From NCBI RefSeq assembly GCF_018977255.1, contig NW_024704742.1, positions 1,242,001 to 1,306,000 of the forward strand: a stretch of 64,000 bases of DNA, given 5' to 3'. Made by a program: the position numbers and the translations under genes. Each line of letters begins with the position of its first letter. Within the stretch, counting starts at the first letter, position 1. Positions 51,586-63,784 of the stretch are shown here, piece by piece. The DNA is from Callorhinchus milii. Taxonomy: Eukaryota. The notes under the pieces are model-generated. The model searched no databases, was not told where the DNA came from, and saw only the letters and a program-made list of their open reading frames with translations.

Positions 51586-51910
51586 ATAATAATAATAATC
51601 CTTGCATTTGATATAGCGCTTTTCACGTCGGGAGGACGTCCCAAAGCGCTTCACAGAACACACTGTAAAGTGAATTGACTGTATATTTGTGGGCGAACGC
51701 GGCAGCCAATTGCGCACAGCAATGTCCCACAAACAGTCGTAGATTGAAAATGACCAATTTATTATTGTTTTAGGTTTTGGAGGGATTATTATTAGGCTCT
51801 GTATGGAGTAAGGAAACTTGCCCGAGGTTTCGCCCTGACCTGCCGGGAATTGAACTCAGGTCTCCCACTTGTAAGGCGAGTGCTCTAACCACTGAGCTAC
51901 AGGACTCCAC
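51586..51910 (-). mobile_element. Young full-length short-form SINE
   Basis: Near-identical to 6131-6448. Confidence 0.92.
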
Positions 51911-54211
51911 GTCCTTTACAGCTCTTTTGAGACGTCCTCCTGTCGTGAAAGGCGCTATACCAAAAGCAAAGACGAGGATTATCATCATCATCATCACCGC
52001 CACCGCCATTCTTACCACCTTCAAAGAACGCAGCCGCTCACAAAATTAGCTCACTTGTAAATTTACCAAACGCGAAAAAAAAAAAACAAGAGCAAAGCTG
52101 TTAGAGAAGAGAAGTGGGTAAAATTTAGCAAGTGGTCCTCGGAGGGCTGATTCAGTCAGCTCTCTCTTTAAATATGCTGTGCAACAACAACACACCAACT
52201 GGCAGCATCCAAGCCTCCCGCCTATATATAGTACACAAACCGCCAATTATAATAATATACAAGATTTCTTCCCGAAGGGGACAGGGAAAATAAGACACCA
52301 TTTAGGCATTTACAATACGGGTTAAACTTCAGCTGAAACGTTACCATTAATTGCAACACTGTTCGCCCACAAACGTACAATCATTTTGGGTGAAAATCTC
52401 GTTAAAAAAATGATTTCTTCCTAAAGAAGTCTAACGGATATTTTGGGGGATTTCTCAGGATTTATAAACGCGAGTAATCACAGTCCCGACGTGTAAACCA
52501 TGCACTCGCGGCTCTAATGTTATGTAATACATTTCCATCACCTATTCCTGCACCCAATTATACTGTTAGAATCACTCAGATTTGTTGCTTGCGATCCGAG
52601 TAAAAGAGGGTTTTCATGTTGTAGTTGGGAAACATTTTAGGCCCTTTCCTTCGTATGGGCAGAAATCATAACTCGGTTCGTACCAAATTTACCTGCGTTT
52701 GCGTCAAGCTCTCCTCCCTGATTTGACGCAAAAAATAATTCCTGAACAATACCAGGTTTTTAATATTGTGGATAAACACAACTTTATTGGTCCTTAAATA
52801 CACACAGTCACTCGAGGTGTGTTTGAGCCCCTCCTATAACAGGAACAAATACTGTTATGTACACTGCATCATAAAATGCCACTAAGCCACGCTGATCTAA
52901 GGACTCCAGTCAACGGTACGTTAAAATGCACAAGCAAGATATTTCAATGCAATTACCCCTCAGCTGTAAAAACTCTTCCCGTGCCCGCAATGCACTCCCC
53001 GCAGATTAAGTTGCCTCACAAACTCACGCGTGTGGTGCAATTGGCCCTGAGGATTTCATCACTCGGCACATTATAAGAATAGAGTTGCTGTGACTGGTTT
53101 AAAACATCAAAACTCCCAACAAGCAGAAACTGGGAATTAAAACCTTGGTGTTTTTTTTTTGAAAAAAAACCAAAAAAGAATCCCGAGTGCGCTCCGTAAT
53201 GTGAAGTGTGACCGAAGGGTTGAGAAGCTGCACGTTTAGCGAGGAATTCAGACAGGTTATAATGCCATCTTGCATTTATATCGTGCCCTTCACCCTGAAT
53301 ACCGAGTCAAGGCAAAAGGAGAGGCGTTTAATGGTGAAAGAGTTGGTTTGTGTTCTGTGAAGCGCTTTGGGACGTCCTCCCGACGTGAAAAGCGCTATGT
53401 CAAATGCAAGGATTATTATTATTATTATTATTACTTAAAGTGGGATTTGAAGATAACGTAAGGAGTGGGTGAGGCTGAGAGGTTCGAGCAGTGCGTTCTG
53501 CATTCTATGGCATCGATACTGACTTTAAATGAATCTCAACCTTAAAAAAAGAAGAAACACAAAACTCCGAGCAAATTGCACGATGGGGGAAAAAAAAATA
53601 CATTATTTCCGGTTTTCAAAACCCAGATTCCCGTCGGTTAAATAAATGCCTTTGCCTTTGTTTTTTTGTTTTCTTTCCCGAAAAAAAAGTCTTCTCGTGA
53701 GCGATAGCGTTGAAAAGATTTAAAAAAAATTTCAAACGCAGGATTTTTAGGGGAGGCAATACTTCCTTTTGGTTAAACTCACACAGGTTACATCATTTAA
53801 GGCAGTGGCCAAACAGTCTGGATCTCACCAAAAAATATCCACCCCTACCACATGCGGAGCATTAAAGAATTCCCTGTACTTGAGACCACACCGATACAAT
53901 CGTAACTTTCAGATGTTGATGACAACATAAGGTGTTATGTCAAATATTATTAATAAACAATAGACCACTCGCCCGTATTATGCCCAAAATGTTTCCCAAC
54001 GACAACGTGAAGCTCGATATTCCCAGGTCTGCAGTCCCTATCGCTCACAGGACGGTCGTTTTCCATTGCTTTAATCGAGTATTACGCCGGACACACAAAG
54101 TGGAGGCATACGGTGAGTTATGGACTGTTAAGAAAGGTTTTTGATTCCACACCTGTAGTTCAGTCACACTTTCCTAACGTCGTTTTTAAAGTCGTGAATA
54201 AATTTGTCCNT

Positions 54212-54295
54212 TTTTTGTTTGCGCATAAATTGCCCATTTTTGTTTGCGCATAAATTGCCCATTTTTGTTTGCGCATAAATCGCCCATTTTTGTTT
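54212..54295. repeat. 25-bp tandem repeat x3+ (TTTTTGTTTGCGCATAAATTGCCCA)
   Basis: Units at 54212, 54237 and 54262 (one mismatch), then a partial unit; no spacers. Confidence 0.92.
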
Positions 54296-54716
54296 TTTCT
54301 TTAAAAAAAAAGCTTTTTCGCCTACCAGCAGTCGCAGAAGCTCGCGAGGCACTTTTGAGTGGTTTCGGGCAGTACACTGAAGAATTTTCGCACGATACGA
54401 AATGACATTTGCAAAAGCGCCTTTCGGGTCGGGTTCGCGAGGGCGTCCCGAGGCACTGAACGGTCAGGGAAACGCAGGGCGTAAAACAAGAGGCAGAGCA
54501 CGGCGGCGGCTGGAAATCTGGTACAAACACGGAAGTGGCGTGGGGACAAGGAGCAGGTCAGGCAGCATCCACGGAAAGAGGAAAACGAGTTGACGTGTTT
54601 AGACCTATTGACCTTTCGGCAGAACCGCTGCGCACGGCGTCGTTGGGAATTTTCATAATCAACTCGAAACGGTATAATCACCCGTTTCTCTTGCAGAAAC
54701 AGGAGGAGGATATTCA

Positions 54717-55030
54717 TGTAGCCCCAGCGGTTAAAGAGCGCCCGGTTTGCAAGCGAGAGACCGGGGGTTCGATCCCCGGCAGGACAGGGTGAAACCTTGG
54801 GGCAAGTTTCCTTACTCCACACGCACGCCTGATAATAACCCCTCAGAAAAAAAAACGGTAATAAATTGGTCACTTCAATCCACGGCTGTTTGTGGGACAG
54901 ACGCTGCTGTGCGCAATTGGCTGCCCACAAATATACGGTCAATTCACTTCACAGCCTATTCCTGTGAAGCGCTTTGAGACGTCGAGAAGACGTGAAAAGC
55001 GCTGCATATCAAATGCGAGGATCATTATTG
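54717..55030 (+). mobile_element. Diverged short-form SINE
   Basis: tRNA head gtagccccagcggttaaagagc...ggttcgatcccc, Deu core and tail. Confidence 0.85.
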
Positions 55031-55099
55031 CTATATTCTTGCATAACAAGAAGCGAGATCCAAGTCAACCTTCTCCGAGGGCTGTCAATTTGCTGCTCT

Positions 55100-56400
55100 G
55101 CTGGAGGAGGAGCCGCCTCCGGGGCCCCAAGGCATTCATTCCGTTAACCCCGGGCCAAGTGACCCGCTCGCCAGGCGCCCGGCCGGTCAGCGGACGCCGG
55201 CAGGCCGTGACGGGCCGTTAATGCAGGTCAGCCCGGGGGGGGGGGGGCCTGTTCTCGCCCCACGTCCACGTCCACGTGCGTACACTTCCCAGCAGAGGGC
55301 ACCGTGCAGCAAACAGGAACAGGGGAGGAATTCCACCCGCCCCGCAGCCAAACACACGCGCAAGAACGTTAGGAAACACGAGACGAAAAGAGACTGAGGT
55401 CCATCTAATCCCCCTAACTCCTGGCCGGTCACACGCACCGACCGGTGTCCCCGAGCTCCCTACGGACCGCCAACCCATAACACCATTTTTTTAAAAAAAA
55501 ACATTTTCCGGTCGTGCAGGGTTGACAGTTTTCGTTGGTGTTGGGGTGTGGGGGGCGGACGGGGGGGGGGGGGGGGGTCTGGTGGGTGGGGGGGGGTAAA
55601 AAAAATGCTTCGTTCGGTCTCGATTTTGAACCCTTTTTTAAAAAAAACAGTACCCCCCCTCAGCCTTAAACCTCTCCGCGTTCCCAATCTCTTGTGAAGC
55701 CTCTCCCTCCGCTGGTTTGCTCAGGCTGCCGCACTCGTCCGCCGCCCGCCCGCCCGCCCCGACCCACCGAGTTCCATTTCGACCCCCACCGTGGTCACCT
55801 CCCCCCCACACCCCCCCTCCCACTCCCTCCCTTGACCGTTGCGTGGGGCTCCGAGACACAATCCCGGAACGAATGGAAGCGTGTCGCCGCTGCTGCTGTT
55901 ATCGCCATCGTAATAATTCAAGCGATCAAACCAAAACACCTTCAAAACGATCATTGATTCCTTTTTTTTAAAAAAAATTTTTTGTTGGGGTGTGGGTGGG
56001 TGGGGGGGGGAGGGAGACAAATCCTACAAAAACCCTAAGCCGCCAACGCAAGCCAAAACCCCGGGGGGTCGGATCTCTTGCCCCGAGAAATCACGATTTG
56101 ATCCGTTGCCCTCCGAGAAGGGCTCAGCATCACCTGCGCCAGCAGACACACAACCCCCACCCCCCCCCCCACCCTCACCCCCTTGGACACATTGGCATCA
56201 CAACTCTCTCCGAACGAACCCAACATTTTTAACCCGCGCCTCAATGCTCGCGAGGACATCGTCCCTCGCAGGCAGCCGCTTCTTTGGGTCCTCGTCAGGG
56301 GTTACACAGCAGTCCCCCTCCCACGGGAGAAGCTGAAAACTGTCCCCGCGGAGGGTTTGCCATTCAGAGCCACAGCCGCTCCATGAACCGCCACCAAGCT
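55100..56400. promoter_or_regulatory. GC/CpG-rich intronic segment (possible internal promoter or enhancer)
   Basis: Visibly high CpG density and GC-box-like runs; not quantified. Confidence 0.25.
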
Positions 56401-56475
56401 GGAGGTGCCATAAATATTGCTCTTAACGCCAATTATGACTACTTTATTTTTTTTAAAAAAAGTACAGAACAAATG

Positions 56476-56712
56476 AGGGAATGGGGGGGAGAGGGGGAGG
56501 AGGGGGAGAGGGGGGGGGAGGAGGGGGGTGGGGGGGGTAGAGGGGGTGAGGGGGAGAAGGGGGGGGAGAAGGGGGGAGAAGGGGGATGGAGAGGAGGGGG
56601 AGAGGGGCGATGGGGAGGAGGGGGATGGGGAGGAGTGGGAGAGGGGGGAGAGGGGGATGGGGAGGAGGGGGAGAGGGTCGATGGGGAGGAGGGAGAGAGG
56701 GGGAGGGGGAGG
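56476..56712 (+). repeat. G/A-rich low-complexity tract (G-quadruplex/H-DNA prone)
   Basis: Nearly pure purine GnA units over ~235 bp. Confidence 0.92.
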
Positions 56713-57404
56713 ATTGCGAGCAAAACAATAGCAACCCACTGCGCACAGCAGTGTCCCACAAACAGTCATGGAGCACTGGTGTGTGCTTCGCAGGAATTGC
56801 CTTTCGTGTGTAGTGGCTCTGCTTCTGTCGGCAAAAACGGTTGTCATTTTGGGGGGACATCAAATCCCACCAACGGCCATGAGGTGAAATGACCTACAGG
56901 ATTCTTCCAAGCTAAAATTTGGAAAAATCTGTTCGCTGTACTTCTTAACTTTTTTTTCTTACCTGTCCTTTTCAGCCGCAGCCCCGACCCCATCCTTGGC
57001 CTTTAACCCAAGTTTCTCAATTTAGGGAAAACAGATGTGGAATTGTAAGTCCCCAGTGGTCAGTGAGGTGACCTCATTGACCACCAATGGCAAATCATTG
57101 TAGACCTTGCCAGATTGGAGAAACACTAACTTGATAATAGCCGGAGTGTAAGTCAATAACCAAAGTATAAGTAGGTAGGGCTGTGCATTCAGATCCTTCT
57201 TATCAGGTCCAACTAACCAGCAAACAATGAACTAACTGCCTTCCGTACCCAGCGATGCATTCCTTAGGTCCTTCTCAGTCGGCTGCCAACAATCAGAGAT
57301 ACACAAAGAGGCCGCAATACTGACCCTCTTTCTCTACCCCAACCAGTTTGAGAGACTTATATCCATGAGTCGAATTAATGAACCCATTTGCTACTAGTTA
57401 ATAA

Positions 57405-57800
57405 TAGTAATAATAATAATAATCCTTGCATCTGATGTAGTGCCTTATCACGTCTTCGAGACGTCTCAAAGCGCTTCACAGAATACACTGAAAAGTGAAT
57501 TGACTGTATATTTTGTGGGCGAAACTACTTCTCTCTCATTTACTTCATTGTGCACAGCAGCGTCTCCACAAACAGTCATGGATTAAACGACCAAATTATT
57601 TTTATTTATTTTGATGGGATCATTACCCCCCGGAAAAGTGATGCGCAATCGACCAACAACTGGGGTCCTGCTTACTGCTAGGTAAACAGAGGTGTGTGGA
57701 GTAAGGAAACATGCGCACGGTTTTGCCCTGCCTGTCGGGAATCGAACCCAGGTCCTCTCCCTTGTCAGTCTCTTAACCATTGAGCTGCACAGGACTCCAC
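57405..57800 (-). mobile_element. Long-form tRNA-headed Deu-type SINE
   Basis: Includes the internal cctctgtttacctagcagtaag...gtcgattg segment that is absent from the short form. Confidence 0.85.
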
Positions 57801-59429
57801 CTGAAACACAAAGGCCATTAATTTACCACCCCACCTCCCCATTTCCAGGCCTCCCACGAGAAAAAAGTATTCACCACGTCTCAGCCTCCCCACTCGAGTG
57901 ATCGGTGATCAATCGGAAGGGTGAAATCAATACAAATAGGAAGCTGTCTGCTCTGTCAGTGGGGCTGAGTCTGCCTTCAGGGGATTTCAAGGAGAGTTTT
58001 CGACGCACTGGTACATGCACAGTTGCAGGCAGACGTACCTTATGCCTGCGTTTGAAGGGAAGCAAAAGGCAAAGAGGTGCAAAAAAAAAAAACATGCAAA
58101 GAGAAATCTTTCTTTGCCATTTTATTCACAAGGAGCTCGCTGGTGTCTGAATCCAAACGCGGCTGCCTTATCCCGCGTTTGAAGCAATTCAAGACTCCGT
58201 GCTCCCACCTAATGAACAAAACAGGATGAGTAACTGTGTTTGCCCTTCACGACACACACACACACACACACACAAAAAAAAATGCTTTCTTCAAACCCAG
58301 GTAAAAATCGCTTCGTCGCTAAATTTAGCAAGAGAGCGTGTTCCACATCGGACCTGACCGGTCTATTTTGAGAGCGCCTTTGATTTCGAGCCATTCGTTA
58401 AGCCTTTTAAAACGCAGATGGGTTTCAACGTGCATATGGACAACCTTATTATGAGAGGCGAAATGTGGAGCTCACCTCGTCGCTCAGTGGGTAAAATGCA
58501 GTGTTGCCTTGGCCAGTCAGACCAGAAGACTTGACACCCACCCTCCAACCCTCTCCCCCCACCCCACCCACCCGTCTGTGCTTAGTTAGTTGTGCTGTTT
58601 CTGGTCAGCCGGGTGTCTTGCCACGTGTGGAAACCCTTCATTGTGCTTAAGAGTATCCAGACCAAACAGAGTTCCACGCATCCCACCTACATTCGGAAAT
58701 TCCAGAGATATTTATTGGAAAGGAATGCGAGCTCTCTCCCTGGAGGGGCACATCCTGCCGACCTAACTCGGAAACTCTGGCACACGTTGGCAAGAACCAA
58801 GGCTTGGGCTACCCCCCCCACCCCCCGCCCCACACGGGGTGTGTGTTAAGGTAACCGCAGGAGTCTTAACTAGCTAAAAACACACCTAACTTGCCATTGA
58901 TGGCACCGTGGGGCCAGCTTTCCCGCTGCTTGTCCAGCGAGGACCACCCTTTGGCTCACACGGTTAACAGGAGCTGAGCGGGATGACTCCCTTGCCCCCA
59001 GTTACTGGTCTGCCCTTCCAGGTCCCGCCGACGAGCCACGTCGGACTGTGCTGTCATCAGCAGTGCCCTGGAATACTGCGGCTAGATCAGCTCCAAGGGG
59101 AACCCGCTCACCCTCCATCTCTCCCCCCCCCCCCCCCCCCCGAGGATAATTAGTGCTTAGTTAGCTGCTTGGGGCGGCGGAGGAAAGAATCAGACAGGAG
59201 CTACCGCTCCTCAGTTGCTATTTGAGGGTGACCACTAGGTGACCACTGGAAAGTATGTGTGTGTGTGTTGGGTCAGGATGTGATCGGACGCAGCCATGAT
59301 TGCTGTGGGCCCTGCCCCTCCCCCCCCCACCCCACCCAACCATGATTGGACTGGGACCAAAATACATGCATGTCATCACGTTCATGAGAGGAGGGGAAAA
59401 AAGGAATGAATGAATGAATCAATCAATCA

Positions 59430-59775
59430 ATGGAGGGAGGGAGAGAGAGGGANNNNNNNNNNNNNNNNNNNNNNNNNTCCTCTCTCCCCCCTCTCTCCCC
59501 CTCTCCCCTCTCCCCCCTCCCCCCCTCTCCCCCTCTCCCCTCTCCCCCCCCTCCTCCCCTCTCCCCCCCTCCTCCCCCTCCCCCCCTCCCCCTCCTCCTC
59601 CTCTCCCCCCTCCTCTCCCTCCCTCTCCCCTCCTCCCCCTCTCCCCTCCTCTCCCCTCCTCCCCCTCTCCCTCTCCCCTCCCTCCCCCTCTCTCCCCCTT
59701 CTCCCCCCTCTCCCCCTCTCTCCCTCTCCCCCCCTCCCCCCTCTCCCCCCTCTCTCCCCCTCCTCCCCTCTCCCC
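59430..59775. repeat. Short G-rich stub, assembly gap (N, 59453-59477), then a ~300-bp pure C/T tract
   Basis: Direct reading. Confidence 0.92.
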
Positions 59776-60189
59776 AATACAGTCACTACTCATGACAGTA
59801 CATATCCTGTGAAGTACTTTGAGACGTCTCAACGACTTGACGATATGAAATGCAAGGATTACAAAGCGCTTTGAGATGTTTTGGTGTTACAGGCATTAGA
59901 TAACTGTAAGTACTGTTATTATATATTATAGGATTGATAAGGAGTTCCACAGACTCAAAGCCCTGGGAAAGAATCGGTCAAACGCAATGTGTTGTTCTTG
60001 TTGTTGTCAATGTCGAGTGAGCAGCAGCTGTAGTAAAGATTGAACACTGAAGTAAGTGTCCCCATGAAAACTGTTGGGGAAAAGATGATTTGAAATAGGG
60101 TGGTTTCTTTTTTTTAACCCCCAAAAAATCTACGCTTTCATTGATATTCCCCCCAGCCCGCCCCCCACTGACCCCTGCACGAGTACACT

Positions 60190-60515
60190 TTGTGGGCACC
60201 GATCACCCTCTAGGTCATTCTGCAAGGTTGAGAAGAGAAGACGTTCAAAGGTGGAAGAGATGGGACAGGGTGGATTGAAACCAGGCAAATGCGCTGCCGG
60301 AGAAGTAAATGAGAGAGAAGAAGTGCTCAAGGAGGATGGAGTGGTCGCTGGTGTCATAGGAACATAGGGGTAGGAGTAGGCCATTCAGCCCCTCGAGCCT
60401 GTTCTGCCATTCTATTAGATCACATCTGATCTGTACGTCAACTCTATTTAACCCGACTTTGCTCCATATCCCTTGATACATGTCAAAGGCAGGAGAGACA
60501 TCGGGAGCCCTGATA
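60190..60515 (-). mobile_element. L2 reverse-transcriptase remnant interrupted by a CR1 3' end (60357-60480)
   Basis: DVSPAFD|TSDHSILLEH...SAFAWFQS RT motif split by the CR1 tail; TSD TGTCA at 60352-60356 and 60481-60485. Confidence 0.8.
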
Positions 60516-61069
60516 AACTGAGAGTTTATCCCTTGTAACTTTAACTTGGTGCTGCGGCTGGAAAGCAAGGTGGGCTGGAGGCGTTTAACTGGGAATGGGG
60601 AACAAAGTTTGGTGTCGGCAACACACTGCAGACCTTTGATGCGACGAGCGGGTTGGAAATGGCCCGAGTGACGTGGGTGAGACAAAGTTTCATATTGCAC
60701 TTACATAACTTTGGCTTTGTGTCACTGGCAGGCATGAGTCACAACCAATAAATGATCACTGGTCTCACAGTGGTGACATCTGCCATCAGAAGATAGAATA
60801 TCTAACCTGAATAGTCCTGTGGTTTCATTTAGATCCTATTTGAGATAATTGTATAATGATTGTAACAAATATCCATCGTGGGAATAGCTCAGACTTAGCG
60901 TAAACACCTATTGAAACCTAACTTCTGATGTCATCAATGTTGTTCAATTAAAACATTTTGGATCTCCATCAGAATCCATGTCTGGTGGCGGCGGTGAAGG
61001 AAACCAGCCCTTGTGTTGATGCCTCATCCGAACACACTGCTCACATGGACAATCGATATAATAATCCCG

Positions 61070-61381
61070 TCTTCGAGACGTCTCAAAGCGCTTCACAGAA
61101 TGTACTGTAAAGTGAACTGACTGTATATCTTGTGGGCGAAATGGTCGTACTGGCTGAAGGCATGGCCACTGGAGGGGTCAGTGTCCCACTAACAGCCGTG
61201 GAGTGAGTGACCAATTTATTATTTTTCTCAAGGGACTATTACCCCCCAGAAAAGCGATCCGCCAATCGACTAACAACCGGGTTCCTACTTACTGTTAAGT
61301 AACAGAGGCGTGTGGAGTAAGGAAACTTGCCCAATGTTTCGCCCAGCCCGGGAATCGAGCCACTAAGCTACAGGGCTCCGC
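61070..61381 (-). mobile_element. Long-form SINE
   Basis: Same family as 57405-57800. Confidence 0.8.
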
Positions 61382-61689
61382 GTGTATGGCTATAGGCGTA
61401 TTGCGGGTCTGTGGGACACCCATATCATCTGCAGAGCAACAATATACTTGAAGCGCAGCAGTGTAGGGGTGGTATACCTCCTAATGCAGCTACGACTGAC
61501 GAGTTGGCTGCTGATCGCTGACGTCACCTCCCGCTCCTTCCTCCCTTTCGGTACCAGACACAGACTAAGTGAAAGGCTGCCAGAGCTATCCTGCGTGCGT
61601 GAAAGGCGCTGCATAAATGCAAGTTGTTGTTATTGTTGTGCTACCCGAACACACTCTCTTCTGTCCAACCAGTCACTTACGTGAAATCT

Positions 61690-61980
61690 GCTTCGATTCC
61701 CGGCAGGGCAGGGCAGGGCGAAACCTGAGGAGAGTTTCCTTGCTCCACACGCCTCTGTTTACCTAGCAGTAAGTGGGAACCCGGTTGTTAGTCGATCGGG
61801 GGATCGCTTTCTGGGGTTAATAATCCCTTCAAAAAAAATAATAATAATTTGGTCACTCAATTGGTGACTGCTGTGCGCAATTGGCTGCCACATTTCGGCC
61901 GCAAAATTTACGGTCAATTCACTTTAAAATATATTCCTGTGAAGTGCTTTGAGACGTCTCAACGACGTGATAAGACGCTA
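61690..61980 (+). mobile_element. Long-form SINE, 5'-truncated
   Basis: Runs from the B box onward, with the internal segment, core and tail. Confidence 0.82.
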
Positions 61981-62680
61981 AATTATACATATATATATAT
62001 ATATATTCACCAATAAGGAAAACACAAGGTTGTGGACCTGCCTTGTGAGGGGAAGCTCTGTGTAGCACCTTTTGTGTTGGATCTGAAAGCTGAGTTTGTT
62101 GAGCTTTATTTTTATTTCTGCGGTTATCGATTCTCCCCCACCGTTACAATGTGGGCCATTGTAATCCACTGCACCGATAAAAATAATCTTTCCTAGGCTG
62201 CCGACAAGAGGTAACACCTCAAGAGTTAAAGCCACGCTGGGTGAACATGTTGTTATTCCAGCACTGCTGAAATGAGGTGAAATACAAGCAAGGCAACTAA
62301 AGACAACAAACGGATCCAATTTTAAGCTTTCAATTTAAAATGCTTTAAGACTCCGCTCACGTTCCTTTCTATTTAGAGCAGATTACTCAAGTGGATTCGT
62401 GACTCAGTCCATTTCTTTTTGTAACTGTCAAGTCATTCATTGAGGACACCTCATCCCTCTTTTCCAGTCAATGCACCCAGGCAAAACAATCTCGGGGAGA
62501 ATGCTCTTCACCAAATATGGCTCTGTAAAGCGATCCACCGGTTCAGGTTTCCACCATTTATCCGCATGAAACCTAAACACCTAAAGACACATTAGGGGTT
62601 GAATTGCAAGGAGTCACAACCTGGATTTGTGTAGTATTTGTCCTTCTGGTAACCAGATGTACGTCACACTGACTGACTGC

Positions 62681-62728
62681 GGGAACTCTGCTCTGACTTT
62701 GTCTACTTTTAGTCAGAGCAGAGTTCCC
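62681..62728. repeat. Perfect 18-bp inverted repeat with 12-nt loop
   Basis: GGGAACTCTGCTCTGACT (62681-62698) / AGTCAGAGCAGAGTTCCC (62711-62728). Confidence 0.95.
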
Positions 62729-62819
62729 ATGGGGTCAATGTAATGCCCTCCCTGGTAACAAATCCTGTAAATACCGAGGTTGTAAGTCCTTGTGTTTCTG
62801 ATGTCATTTTTTGGACTCT

Positions 62820-63132
62820 CGTCCGTCCTTCGGATGAGACGTTAAACACAGGTCCCCTCTGCCTGTTCATGCGGATGTTAAACGTTCAAAAGGAGGAGGG
62901 AGTTTCTCATGGTGCCCTGGCCAACAATAAAACAATAAAAAAGAATCGGTCACTCGCACCATGACCGTTTGTGGGACATTGCCGTGCGCAAATTGGCTGC
63001 CGGGATCACCCAGAAAATACACAGTCACTCCACTTTACAGTGTATCCTGTGAAGCGCTTTGAGACGTCTCGGCAATGCGATAAGGTGCTATATCAAATGC
63101 GAAGGTAGTTATTGTTAATATTATTATTATTA
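62820..63132 (+). mobile_element. Old Deu-type SINE body and tail
   Basis: ccttcggatgagacgttaaac...ggtgccctggccaac...tgtgggacattgccgtgcgcaaattggctgcc. Confidence 0.8.
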
Positions 63133-63784
63133 TCTTGTCATTACGAGATCGGCATTTAACACCGCTGCTGACTTTTCTTGGAACTGCTGAATTCCTTCAT
63201 CAACAAAACCGTTTGAACAGGAAAGGCTAAACACTTCAGTCAAATAGGTATCTGTGAATCACGTGTGGCAAAGAGGTGTTTTTGTTTTGTGCTACAATAT
63301 TTTTTAACCTTCAGAACACATTCCAGCAAAACTATATTGATATAGTTAATGTTAGCACAAGATCACATTACAATGATAAGGCACAAATGATATGATTTCA
63401 GAGTAACTACAGCACACAAAGCCAGACTGGTGCAACAACATGCGATGTTGTTGCCTTAACAACACTGGTGATTAAATAGGTTTTCATTAAATGATTTCGT
63501 ACAAAACATGAGTAGTTCCAAGAGCAAAGGCTGATTATCGCGCATGATGAGGTATTCGAGTTGGAGAGACGGTTCCTCACTGTTTGAAAAGAAGGAACTT
63601 GCACTTCGCATGCTTCCAGCACGTTGAGATGTACCAACGAGCTACTTTACAGTGATTACCCTTTAAGGGTAACAAGCCAAATACTTTCCGGAATTAAGTA
63701 AGCTGATTGCAACCCTTCAGGGGCAGAGTGCACATTCCATTCGAGACGCAGGGAAGTTTCTGTGTGTAGGCGGCAGGCGGGCCG

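Noticed and set aside
54212..54295. CRISPR-like repeats of 25 bp
   Set aside because: The units are directly adjacent with no spacers, the context is eukaryotic and there are no cas genes.
55138..55426. Hexapeptide IPLTPG repeated twice in the same + frame with synonymous codon differences
   Set aside because: The copies are separated by a stop and similarity hardly extends. A rough estimate suggests about one such coincidence is expected in a six-frame 64-kb translation.
56284..56892. Long Gly/Glu- or Pro/Ser-rich ORFs (also 59410-59874)
   Set aside because: They are products of stop-free purine/pyrimidine low-complexity tracts.
56963..57105. Strong minus-strand donor (CAG|gtaaga) with VYNDLP.../MGSGLRLKRT peptides faintly like FAM13A
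   Set aside because: All three frames hit stops within ~60 nt upstream and there is no good acceptor. It could be an alternative first exon but is not supportable.
58460..59320. Fragments resembling LF-SINE-type ancient repeats (also ~22790-22900, ~39780-39900)
   Set aside because: Too degenerate to delimit or name without a library search.
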